DNA of 64,000 bases from positions 2,324,678-2,388,677 of the forward strand of contig BCIN01000002.1 in NCBI GenBank assembly GCA_039545335.1, written 5' to 3'. The position numbers and the translations under genes were made by a program. This document shows positions 26,401-38,109 of this stretch, piece by piece; position 1 is the first letter of the stretch; the number at the start of each line of letters is the position of its first letter. Source of the stretch: Kondoa subrosea. Its lineage: Eukaryota. Below the pieces are notes generated by a model that saw only the letters and a list, made by a program, of their open reading frames with translations, was not told the origin of the DNA and ran no database searches.

Positions 26401-27304
26401 CCGCTAGTTTTTCGTGAGTGATCTTTTGCTCCGAATCGACAATCGTTGACATTTCGTCCGAAAAGTATCGCATAAGATGCATGGAGGCTTTCGCGCCACC
26501 GCTTTGAACAGACTGTGAATCATCGAGATCTTGGAATCAAGGTTTGCTTGATCTCACTATCTCTACCGACTCACGATCTCATCATCCTCTTTAGTCGCTA
26601 ATAGACCAGCTACAGGTACCGAGACATCGACATATTTGATCTTGCTAGCTCGATCTTCTTTTGCTAAATAGCCTTGCCAATCATCAACAAACTTGCCAGC
26701 GAATTTATCCTTTGCGAAATGACCGATATTTTTCTGTCAACCAAGGAAGCGATAAGATACTAATGTCATCACGGTCAAGAAGACTACGAACGCCATTCAG
26801 CTGAGCAAACACATCGTCCCACATCTTTTCGTTCGCTGTAGCATCTTTCCCTCGAGTAATAACTTCTATAGTCATATTCTTGCTTTTACCCTCGTCGACT
26901 AGTGATTGAACAATCTTGGCTGTGGATAAATGAACGCAGCATCAGTATGATACTGATATGACTGCGATCAATTTCCCCACTTCTAGATGAACCAGCTAGA
27001 ATGAGACATTTGTCCGCCGAGACGAGCATAAGGGTAGAAGGGAATTCATAACCAAGTAACCAAGTCTGTATAGCAATCATATGAACAGTCAAACGCCTAT
27101 TCAAGCGCGACTTGCACGAGAAACCTGGCTGACCTGGAAAGCTGTAGTCTTCCTGTATGGTTGATCCTCGTCTGATCCACCTGCTACGAGCAAGACATGC
27201 TCTACACCAGATAAATCTGTATCTGGGTCTTGATTTTTCCAAGCTGATTGGACTCGCTCAAGGCGACGAAAGAATTGTCGTGAATCGATTGTTGGTTCAG
27301 ACAT
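23457..27304 (-). CDS. SPT16: FACT complex subunit Spt16
   Basis: [79 protein letters not shown], acidic tail. Confidence 0.97.
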
Positions 27305-27515
27305 TGCTGCTTGCTGCTCAACCACTGTGTTCTTGCTACTCAGCGGGTATACAGAGCAAGGTCTGAAGGAAAGAGTAAGAAAGCGCGCGAGAAAGAGGCG
27401 CCTTGCTTGTTTTAGATCAAGATACCGCAGCAAAAGTCACGTCGAATTGGGTTAAGTGCAAGGCCAAGTTTGGGCAGAGTGGCACATCCGAGCGCGTGTA
27501 AATCCGAATGAGTAT

Positions 27516-30500
27516 CTACACAGGCTCCGCGAAGTTGTACATTTTGCCATAATCCATCGTCAGCTCAGTACCTGGTTTCAGCGAAGGCCTGTCGCAATAG
27601 ATACCTGTAGGAGTGATGCGAGGTCAGTTGCCGGTGTAAATAGCAAGTAGAACATACCAATACGATGTTCTCCCAGAACATAGACAACTATCCAATAGTG
27701 AGTCCAAAGCAAGAATGAAGAGGAGATAGGCGCTTACCTTTAGCTTTGCAAGTAGCAGAGGGCACTTTCTTATCTCTGTCCTTCTGACCCATAGGCGCGT
27801 TGATGTACCGAGTCTATCGAAAGCTCGTCAAGCCCAGAATCCGTCAGGTCGAATAGTACTTACGCGATTCCCAAAGTATCTGAAGAGGAAATCAATCATC
27901 ACTAGTGATGAGAGACTCAAAAGAACCGGAAGCAACACTCACTCCGAGTCGATACCCCAGGTGTTATCTGCAGAGCATCGTGTTAATACCTGTACGAGAA
28001 TCAATTGGCCGACCAGACTCACTGAGTTCCTTTGTCGAGTGGAGAGATTCGTCAGCTTCCGATCCTCTTCTTCCAATCATGTCTTTGTTCGACTTACGTA
28101 GAAATATGTCTTATGCCTCCGCTCGAACATCAACCTGGTGAAATGGCGCTTTCGATTAGAGACGAAGCTCGCTATACCTACTTTCGAATCAGGAACTCAC
28201 GCTCTCTTGCCAGCTTCCGTCTCGTCAATGATTTCCCCTCGATATCTGGTTCAAGATCGTAGTCAACACATGTCTTTTGATTTAGCATAGCAGACTCACT
28301 CTTGTATTAAATCGCCTTTGACAGCTTCTTCGCCCAAGAACAACCCAAAGCCTTCAATACCAGAGAAGCCAACATAATTTTTCTGTCCGCCGAGAGAAAG
28401 GCAAATCAGCTTAATAAGCTGAATTGACCTGATCTCGCACGAACCTTGACACGACGTCGCTGTAAGTCCATATTACAGCAATAATCGATTTCTCCATTGA
28501 ATTTAGTCGGGCAACAAACTTCCGGATCGCATTCTCTTGTTCTTCTGAAACAAGCGCATTTGTCCGTTCGCTGTATCAATCGTTGCATGATAAGACTGCA
28601 GTTTTGACAGCGACTAGGGTTAGCTTACACATTGCCCAGCAGCTGGTTGTTTGTCTTTCGTTACTACGGAATGACAGGTTTCGTAACATCCAGGGTGTCG
28701 TCGAGAGCCTTTCATTGAGATCGTTAGCAAGTGTTCTGGTCGGAAATGAGCAAAAAGTATACATACAATTCACATCACAACCACAGAATTTGTCGCAATA
28801 GGTGCTGAGGTAGAAAGCGATCAGCTCGATTTCAGTCGACACAATAAAGATGATCTTACTGATTGTTTTGACAAGAACATTCATCTTCTGTTGCATCCAT
28901 GCAAGTAATATTCGGATGGTAGCAAGGAACATATCTGTTAATGTCCCAATAAGAAGCCAAAAGTAAGCCTTTGCAAAGAGAAGCACTAACCCGAATGTTT
29001 CGTTAGGGTAATTTGTCTTGTAATTCTTCATCCTCGCTTCCTCAGCCGGATCAACTTCTTCCGCCTGGACACGAGTAGACTTGCTTGGACCTGTCCAGCC
29101 TCGTTCTTTATCTTTCCTCTTGACACTAGGCGGACGATACTCTGCGACACGTAAAGTCGGCAGAGGTTGCGTAGCTAGAACGGCTTGAGGTGGTTTGGCT
29201 GCTATGTCTGGCGTGTTTCGCGAATTGAGTGTCAGAGTTCTATGCAGTGAAGTACTGGGCGCTCCAAGTTTCATGGCATTGAGCAAAAAGTTGGTCTAGA
29301 TTTGAGCTTTTGTTCAGTATATGCAGATGAAACCAAGAGTCGCAGACATACCTCTTTACATGTAATGGAAGGAGGGAAGAAGACTGCAATAACGCATGGG
29401 TCGAATTGATCGGGATGACCATCTTGTCTGAGCATTTCCCAAGTTTGCCTATCTTCAGTGGTCCAAGTTTGCAACACAGATTCCATAGTCTTACACATCA
29501 TCCTCAGGTCAAATCCTTTGCATCGAAACGATCTTGCAACTCACTCGACCAGCATACTTATCTTTCCCGCTTTTGATTCGCCTGAAACATTCATCACCGC
29601 AAGGTTCGGCACTCCTCACTGTATGGGCTTTGGTACCGAATTCCCTCTTGTTGGTCTCGGTTTTCGATTTGCCTCGACTCTGTCCAGGCATGTGTAAGAC
29701 CTTTCCCACATCTTTCACCAGGAATTTATCTTCGTCTGTGCATCGCAAAGATTTTAGCTTGAAGGCTACATTGTATACAATGACGATAGCTCACCTTGCG
29801 GTTCATGTGTTCCATGATGCGGACAGTCAAAGACATAATGTAAAGGGCACAATTTCAGCCAAGCTTGGGGATAAGCGACACGGTCGGGTGAAGCGGAATG
29901 CCTGTGGCACAACACGACTTCTCGAAGATGATCATACATCAAGAAGAAGAATTGCCCACCTAGCTTGAGATTGACTGAAAGTAGCGCGATAGTAATCCAT
30001 CATTTCCACAACCGGCTATTCAATCGTTATTCTCAATCAAAAAACTTCGTTCTATCATAGAAGTAGAAGGAGAGCATACCATTTCGTACTTGATCTCGAA
30101 TGAACTGAAAGTAGACATAAAGAAAGTTTCCCAAATCCCTCTGTATTCTTCCGCGACATTGGCTTTTTGTATGAAAAGAGAGCAAAGAGTTGCAGCATCT
30201 GGGATTTCGAACTGAGTAGCAAGTTCTTCTACTAATTTGCGCTTGACCTGATGCTGTTCCAAGTAGCGCATCAAAGTCTCTATCCGGACTTTATCCTGTC
30301 AGGCATTGTCTTCGTGCTTTAGCTGTGAGTTAGCTATAAGCAGGAATTGACTGACGAAAAAGGGATCTCTATAACGATCCTGTAGTGGCTGAGCATGCAA
30401 AGCAGGAATCTCCATTATTCCAGCAGCTTTCCAAAAAGCTTTGATGATTTGATTCTCTTGAGCTTTCCAATTGGTCCCATCTTCCGTTGTATCAGGATGC

Positions 30501-31267
30501 CAGATAGCTAAAGGATGATGATCGAAAGCTTCTTTACCTCCTGGTCTTGACATATACAAGGGCGTTATGTGATCGAAAGAAGGTAAAGCTTGATATTGGG
30601 CATGAATGATGACCTCTCTAGGTTGTTGGATTGTTTTGATAGGTTCGATAGAAGGTGGATCTTGATGCCACGGAAACATCAAGCAGATTGAAGGTGGATC
30701 AATAACGAGCGGTTCGACTGGTTTGGGTTTAGCTTGTGGAATAGGATCAGGCAAGACTTTGATTGTTGTGCCCGACTGTTTTCCTTTGCCTTTTCGTTTC
30801 AAAGCTTCGCGAAGTGAAGGAGCATTATCAGATTGACCGGTCAAGGGAGAAACAGCAGCAGCTCCATCAACTACAGGCTTGACAAGAGGGGTACCAGACA
30901 CATAGAGCGTTCCAGATGGATTCACAGAAGTTTGAGGAGCAGTCTCAAGAGAATCATAACCAGCAGTCCTCAGGTTCTTCAAGAGCCTTTCAGCGAAAGT
31001 TGATGCTTTGCCTTTAGGTCGCGCTTGCTTGTATTTGGCCTGTTGCCTCCAGTGAATGAATCATAGTTTCGGCTGAATGAGGATGTGACCACCCACGAGA
31101 TGACGAGCGTTCTCTTGAGATCCAGCCTCGAGCAGATCTTGCACAACTTCTTGATGTAAGCTCTCGATAATCTCAAGGCGCTCCTGTTCCTCTGCAACAG
31201 CTTTCGCTTCAGGTGAAACTTCAGGATCGCCTGCAGCAAGCTCCGTCTGAGCTGGAGCGGCGGACAT
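27516..31267 (-). CDS. EZH2: Enhancer of zeste / PRC2 H3K27 methyltransferase (CXC + SET)
   Basis: PCGDECF; CXC domain YVPCYHP...CSC...YCDKFCGC...CACFRRTRECDPEVC...CCN; SET domain GFGLF, EYRGEII, IDSEYFGNRTRYINAP, GEHRIGIY, ELTMDYG. Confidence 0.88.
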
Positions 31268-31689
31268 GGTAGGCGATAGAAATCAACAAGACAATTAAGT
31301 CAGAGTCGACGCGATATGGGGTCGGTCTAAATGTGATGATACATTGTCACTACGCCCTTTGTACTATACTGAAAGATGAGAGCAAAACTATCATGTACAC
31401 CCAAAAAGAGAAAAGTCCAGCTATCTTCGGTTGGTCATGTCCTTGATCGACCTGTAAGTCATCCAAGAAGGAAATCTATCAGACAAACCGAGATATCCGA
31501 TGGTACGACTCACCTCTTGCTACGCGTAGGTGTAAGGAAATCTGTAACGAATGGGGAAAGGTTAATGCGAGACATTCGCATGGCTTTCACACATCCCTAC
31601 CTTTGAATGCATCCTCTCCTGTGAATCGAGGTTTCCGGGTATTAACAGAAGTTAACACAGACAGCGGCCCCTCTCACCTTCTACAGTCT

Positions 31690-32814
31690 TCATCGTTCCG
31701 TCAACCCTACTCCGCTAACTGAATAATCATCAAAGCTATCTTCCGTAATAGATTTATGGGCCAAGAAGAGTAAATAAAGAGTAGCCGATTCCAACAATGT
31801 ACCAAGAAAAGATCCATCCACTATTCCGCTTGTTCCTTTGCAGATCGTATGCGATAAAGCGCTGTCATACTCATCGTTAGTAAACACTGCAAGAGAGCAA
31901 TATAAAGACGTACTAGCGAGCTGCTTGAGCTAATGCAAAGACTGCAAGAGTGAGGGAGAAGAGTACTGTTCGCAGCCGCAATCGATATCAGAGCTGATCC
32001 TGATTCTGAAGTACTGCGCGAACCTATTGGTTTAGTTTCCCTTAGGACCCGTTGGATGACAATCAAATTGATAATGTAGTAGGCCAAGATTGCTATCGCA
32101 GGCCAAACGATAGTAAGAGAGAAGATGAAAGGGGAATGTAGTTTATCAATTGAAGTGACGAAGAAATCTGATACGCCGAAAGCTGTATCGAGGGAGATGT
32201 ACGTGGTAGCGACCAAAAGAGCCAACGAAGGTAGAAGGAGGGCCTGTAAGGCGCAGCAGAACGCTAAGAAAGGACTTTTCTGAAGTCTGCATCCACTTAC
32301 AATGTACGAAATCGGTCGTCCGTCCTCAACAAACTGGAAAGTCAGTAGAGCAGTCCAAAGTAGCATCCAAAACATCGAAGCCACCACTCCTTCATGAACC
32401 GCAGTGACCCAACTCAAAGCCGTACTTCCTTGCCTCAATATCGACCCCTCATCTATCAATTGCAGAATCACAGATAAACCATACCACAACGAGAGAAGAG
32501 TGAATTCAACTCTTCCTACTGCTGCTATTCTCTTGAAAGCTTTGAAAGCGATATAAAGAGCCAAGAAGATGGATAAACCGCAAATAACCATATTCGCTAC
32601 ATTCCCAGGGTTGGATCCTCTCGCTAATTCAATTGCACAAGCTGAGTTGATACCTACACCTGCTAGAGTCTCTGTTGGTCCAAATATTTGAGTGAAGAAG
32701 AGATTCTGAAGGTCTGTGAGCCAGGTTTATGCGCATTTGGACTGAACGTACGCATGTTGCTACTGAAGGGATGTTTTTACAAAAGTACGCGTAGTCTCCA
32801 TAAGCCCAACCCAT
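31690..32814 (-). CDS. CHS7: Chitin synthase export chaperone Chs7-like (multi-TM)
   Basis: YGDYAYFC, AAVGRVE, TAVHEG, FQFVEDG, ICKGTSGIVDGSF, SITED; 3' end uncertain because further splice-like signals continue to ~31421. Confidence 0.85.
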
Positions 32815-33251
32815 TTTGCTTTACGTAGAAGTCAATGGATGAAAAATAGAGCAAGGAAACGAGGTCTGGCCAGCGATAGACGATAGGGGGTATCAAAAAC
32901 GAGTGTGTGCGAGCCAGCGACGAGGGATATAATAGAGCAGAGATGGCCGCTCGACACAGGCAGAGCTCGAGGCGAAAGATTCGAAGGTCAGAGCACAAGG
33001 AAGTTCGAATCATTGCACTTCAAGTGCGCTGGGTCACATGTAGAAATCAGTGCGTACACAATGACAGAGAGCCGCCTGATGACAGAGCACGAAACAACGC
33101 TGTACACGAACAAGAGCCAAACCATTGAAAATCCAAAAATGTGATGCTTGACCTGAACCGTCAAGTGCTAGGTGTGCAGCAGCCTAAGGTGCGTCGAATA
33201 GTGCATTGCATCAGGCTGAGGCCCTGATGCTGCTTTGTTTTTATGCACAGC

Positions 33252-33645
33252 ATGCCTCGATTAAGTCCTAGGCAATTTCGTCTACTGCCCTCTTTGGCTT
33301 CAAAACCAATCTCTACCATCTCCCGTATCCCATCTCTACTGCCTTCTATCAGAACACAATCCTTCCATCCAATATTTTCTGCTCTATCCAGTCGAATCTC
33401 CCTGTTCTTACCTTCAAGCAATGTATCGCTAGCGGGCATCAGACATAAAGGAAACACGTATGGTGATGAGTATCAACCGTCTACTAGGAAAAGGAAAAGA
33501 AAGCATGGATTTTTGGTCAGGCTGAAGAAACATCCAAGATTGCTCGCCAAAAGGAGAGCCAAAGGTGCGAACGGATAGATCTTCAGCAGACTGACTGCTA
33601 AAGTGATAGCTGTTTTGCACAGGTCGAAGGTTCCTCACGCATTAG
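33252..33645 (+). CDS. MRPL34: Mitochondrial ribosomal protein bL34m
   Basis: R/S/L-rich presequence, then YGDEYQPSTRKRKRKHGFLVRL...RRAK|GRRFLTH*. Confidence 0.93.
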
Positions 33646-33825
33646 GCTTACGCTGCATTGAGCTTCCAAAGATCATTGCGGATGTGAAGAGAAGGCTTCA
33701 AGGTGCGACCACGTCCAGGTTAGCGCCGTTCATGCGCTGAACTGGTTTCGTTTTCACAGCCTTCTGCTGTCATAATGTATGGACGGGGAAAGAACTGTAT
33801 CAATCTGGCTCATCGAATCAATCGA

Positions 33826-34366
33826 CTACTGTACATCAACTATCTTCCGCTGCAAGTCATCAATCACTTTCCTGCCCTCTGCTTCACCATTCTCCTTCAT
33901 TTGAACCTGTTCCAGCTCATACAACTTCCACAATGGGTTCCTTCCTCTATCAATCGGACTCCCTACGAATAAATCAGCATTCATCTCTTCTTCTTTTCCC
34001 TCCTCAACGCACAAGATCTCTCACCATTCCCTCCAGTTACAATGGTTTGGAAATCCCAAACATTCTCTCCATCCCCTTCTTCACCGCAAGATAAAACAGG
34101 TGAAGTAGGTGGTGTAGTCATTGGACTTGGAGTTGCCAGAATAGAGAGGAATTCATCCAACACTTCTGCTCGGGCACTATCAAGCAATCTATATTAGCTT
34201 ATATAAGGAAACGGGGAGAGGATTTTTACGGTTCGGCTAGACGTTTGAGCGAAAGAGCTAGAGATTTGACTCGGTTGTGCTTGTTGGTTTGCTTTGGAAT
34301 TGGTTGAGGGTTGAGCAAAGGAAGTGGGCGAATAGGAGTTGGTGCGTGAAGAGTGTGGAAGGACAT
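33826..34366 (-). CDS. Small hypothetical protein (3 exons, ~145 aa)
   Basis: MSFHTLHAPTPIRPLPLL...KRLAEP|ARAEVLDEFLSIL...|GSPIDRGRNPLWKLYE...; two canonical introns join the ORF fragments in frame. Confidence 0.65.
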
Positions 34367-34729
34367 GATCGTGAGTAGAAGGATGGGTCAAGGAAATGTT
34401 AAGAGTAGTTTTCGATGGAAACGGATACTTGTACAGATGAAGCAATGAAGGCACAATGAAGCAAAGGATCTTATGAGCATCCGCATAACAACAACAGGAT
34501 TGGAGCTGGTCTCAGACTGACTTTGTTTGGTATTACAGATACAAAATATAGACAAATGACATCGCGTAATTTCATGCAACGCGCTGCTCTAAGCATGAAC
34601 TCATGCGATTTCTCTCGAATTGGTCATTAGGGTTACGATATTACGCATTCGACCTGCATGTTGTTCTCGACTTTCAGGCTGCTCGATGCAAGCAGAGTCA
34701 GCAACCAAACAGTACGATCAAGAAGGAGC

Positions 34730-35510
34730 TCACGGAGCAGTATCCACCGTCACGTCCATGCTGACGATCTGTGCATAGCTCAAGATTAGTACAACCATCT
34801 TCGAGGAAGGACTGATAGACCACACACCTTGCCTTGCCGTATTCTGGCTATCCCCACTGCCGACGAATGAAGTTCTTCATCGTGATTATGCATCGCCACG
34901 ACTACATATACAGGGCATCGGCCTGAGACAGCCTCGCGTGGTCCAATGAATGAGGAGAAGCTCACTTTCGTACAGAAAACCAACAGAAGCATGTTTCATA
35001 TCAGCAGTTCCATCTCGATCCATAACAAGATGCTTGAATCGGATCTTGATACCTTGAAACCTCGAGCGGAGTATACTGACAAGTCCAAGATTACCTAATC
35101 ACAGAAACATGAAGTTCGGCTTGCCTGCAATGAATATAGCAGAAAGCAGCTACCTTCTGTACCTGTCACTACTTCTCTATTATTGGTCCGCCATGTGACA
35201 GCAGGGTCGAAATACGCAGGTAGATGCTTTGTTCGGATCTCTTCAATGTCTGGTCTATGTTCTTCCAGCAACATGGCGCATCAGCTTCCGCCCTAGCTTG
35301 GTCGATAAATGGAAGACTCACTTTTGCTGAAGGCCAGATAGCCCGTCACTGCTTCCTCCAGAAACTCTAGAGAGAACTTCGCATGAGAACAATTCTATTT
35401 CTGTAAAAATGGGACGGACGACACGGATCGCTCGAAGGGTTGATTTGAGGTGACTGATCAGGTGTTTGAGAGCTTCCAGACGTCTTCTTTTTGTTCAGAA
35501 AGGGAGCCAT
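34730..35510 (-). CDS. SnoaL/NTF2-like fold hypothetical protein (~155 aa, 6 exons)
   Basis: Five GT-AG introns give one open frame MAPFLNKKK...FLEEAVTGYLAFSK...AYFDPAVTWRTN...FQGIKIRFKHLV...VGFLYEIV...AVGIARIRQGKIVSMDVTVD*. The fold call is by motif resemblance only. Confidence 0.7.
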
Positions 35511-35669
35511 AGCACAGTGAATGGTTATCGTAAGTCAACAGAGGCTCGCTTACTCAGCAATTTCGCACTCATTCGGCTTGTGTATTCGGACGCGGTGTCG
35601 TCTGATACTTGGGCAAAGTCATGCAAATATACCATTCGACAACATATATACAATTCCGTCGCTTGTAAT

Positions 35670-37741
35670 CTACTGTTCATTGACAAAAAGAGAAGCCATA
35701 CCTAAAGAAAGACAATCAGTGTGTGCAGGAAAGAATAAGAAGGTTCTTCTGCTCACCCATGCCGCTTCCACTGTTATCACGCGAATAAGAACACATTCAA
35801 TACAGAATGCGACTGAACTTACATGCACATGGAAGTAACGAAAAGGCTCGACTTGTGTCTCTTTGCGATAGGGAAAGCAGTAGCGAGCTGTCTAGCGCCA
35901 GTGCAACCAAGAGGGTGTCCAAGGGCTGTACAAAGTCAACTTCCTGTCTTGGACAGTCCCAACACGAAAGCTTACCGATAGCACCTCCGTTCAAGTTGAC
36001 CTTCTCGTATGGAATACCAACAGTCTCGATAGACATGATAGCTTGAGAAGCGAAAGCTTCGTTGATCTCGTAGAAGTCAATCTCATCCTTTGAGACACCA
36101 GCCTTGGCGAGAAGCTTGGGAATAGCAACTGTACGTCGAAACTTTCTCAGCCATGCTTGGCAACTTGAAGCATCACTACGTACCAGCTGGGCCGATCTGT
36201 GACGAAATTTCAGCGGAGATCACAGCCAAAGCGATTAATGCAACTGACACCCATAATCTTTGGTGGTACACCAACAACGACTGAAGTGACAAATTTGCCA
36301 ATAATAGGGAGACCAAGCTTCTTAGCAACGCTTCGACGCATCAAAAGAACCGCAGCAGCTCCATCCGAAACTTGCGAAGCGTTACCTGTACGAAACATCA
36401 AAGCCACTCAGCTTTTGGCAAAGCTTGAAGGAGAAGTTTTCGCACCAGCATGAGTGGAACCAGTCTTGGAGAAAGCAGGCTTCAATTTGGAAAGACTTTC
36501 AGCAGTAACACCTTCTCTGATTCCATCATCTTGGTAAACGGTCAAAGGAGTTTCTTCTTCAGTCTTTGGGTCTTTGCGAACAGTTTGAACGGGAATGATT
36601 TCTGATTCAAAATAACCAGCTTTTTGTGCTTTGGCTGCTTTAGCAAAAGAGTTGGCTGCGAACTTGTCTTGCTGAACTCTGGTAATGCCGTATTGAGTTG
36701 CAACGTTTTCAGAAGTAATACCCATTGGGATTGTACAGTCTCTACAATAAAGGTTCAGCTGAGGCAACGCTTTTCGAACAGTGTCAAGACGTACTCAGCT
36801 TCTTTGCATTTGAGGACCTCTTCGGAAAGCTATCGCGCATTACATGAGCGTCGTTGTATGCCAGCGATATATCGTGAAGGCGTACTCGGTTTGGCTGAGT
36901 TCCTGCTCCATAGTTATCGGTCATGCTTTCAGCGCCAGCACCTGACACCCGATCAGTTCAGGTCAACAGAGAGCGTGTGTTATACTCACCAATACCGATA
37001 TCGATCTGTCCGGTAGCGATTTCGTTGGCGATCTGAGTAACTGCGGCCAGACCAGAAGAACATTGTCTGTTGACTGTGTTGACAGCAGAGGTGTTTGGTA
37101 TACCCTGTAGAACTCCTAATAATCTGTAGTGCTCGATGGCACAGAAGAACAAGAGCCTACCGCAGCCAAAGTAGCCATACGAGCAATAGTTGCACCAGAT
37201 CCAGGTGGAAGGACATTTCCGACAGCGACGTCTTCAATGATTGATGGATCAATCTTGGTTCGTGCCAGGAGACCTGTAAAGCCCCATCTTTCTAAGCGAA
37301 TGACGCTTCGAGCGAGACCGGTGCATACCTTTCAGAGCTTGGTACAAAAGCTCTTCTTGGGTGCAGTTGGCCAAACCACCCTTTCTTGCTCTCTGTGAAA
37401 GTAAGATCACCGATGCATCAGCTTTACGCTGAGGCATTGAACAATCCACTCACAGTAACCGGAGTGCGGACAGCATCGATGATGACAACATCCGAGCTGA
37501 GCAGCAGTTCAGACTTAGCGCGCCTCATATATCTCGTGAGATTGATAGCATACTCGTCTGTGGACGCAAGACAAGATGAGCTAAGATGCTTGACACTACA
37601 AAAGAGCTTGTCTTACATTTCATCGTGATTGCAGCCTTTCCAACTTTGTGTGGTAATGAGATTCAGCACAGGCTATCCTTGTATAGTCATTGCTCAACAA
37701 GACTGACGCTTTGATTTGGCAGCATTGTATAGATCGCTCAT
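35670..37741 (-). CDS. POT1: 3-ketoacyl-CoA thiolase (POT1/FOX3-type)
   Basis: DVVIIDAVRTP, VNRQCSSGL (catalytic Cys), GITSENVA, GNASQVSDGAAAV, EINEAFASQ, GGAIALGHPLGCTG, SMC|IGSGMG. Confidence 0.95.
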
Positions 37742-38109
37742 TTCTGATTAAAAAAAAGGAGATCATCAGCTGTCGGCAATGTCATGTTGTAAGTCAGGGC
37801 CTCTCACTTGTGGTATTGGTAGAATCTGTGTGTAAAGAAGATATGCTAGAACAGTCGTGGATCTGAGAGAAGAAGACATCTTTCATGAATTCGCGGAGAC
37901 GAGGCTCTGTTTCACGTGCAATTTTGAGAAGTGAAGATAAGTGAGCTGTGAAGGTCTGGATTGTTAAAGAAGCACAGTACAGTAGCGTAATTCGAGCAAG
38001 GTACTAAGGATTCGAAGCCCAATTTAATGATACACCACTTCAGAATCTAAAGATGTGATATAAACACCTTTCGAAAGATTACATGCATAATGAACACCAA
38101 GACCCCCGC

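Noticed and set aside
18928..31267. Apparent chromatin/nuclear gene cluster (Nsl1, THOC7, SPT16, EZH2)
   Set aside because: Unrelated complexes interspersed with a lipid enzyme; compatible with ordinary housekeeping gene order. No shared regulatory motif seen.
33001..33240. U1-like ATTGCACTTC, C/D-box-like and TPP-riboswitch-like words with hairpins
   Set aside because: No U1 5' end or Sm site, imperfect C box without a terminal stem, and riboswitch elements in the wrong order; better explained as the bL34m leader and intron.
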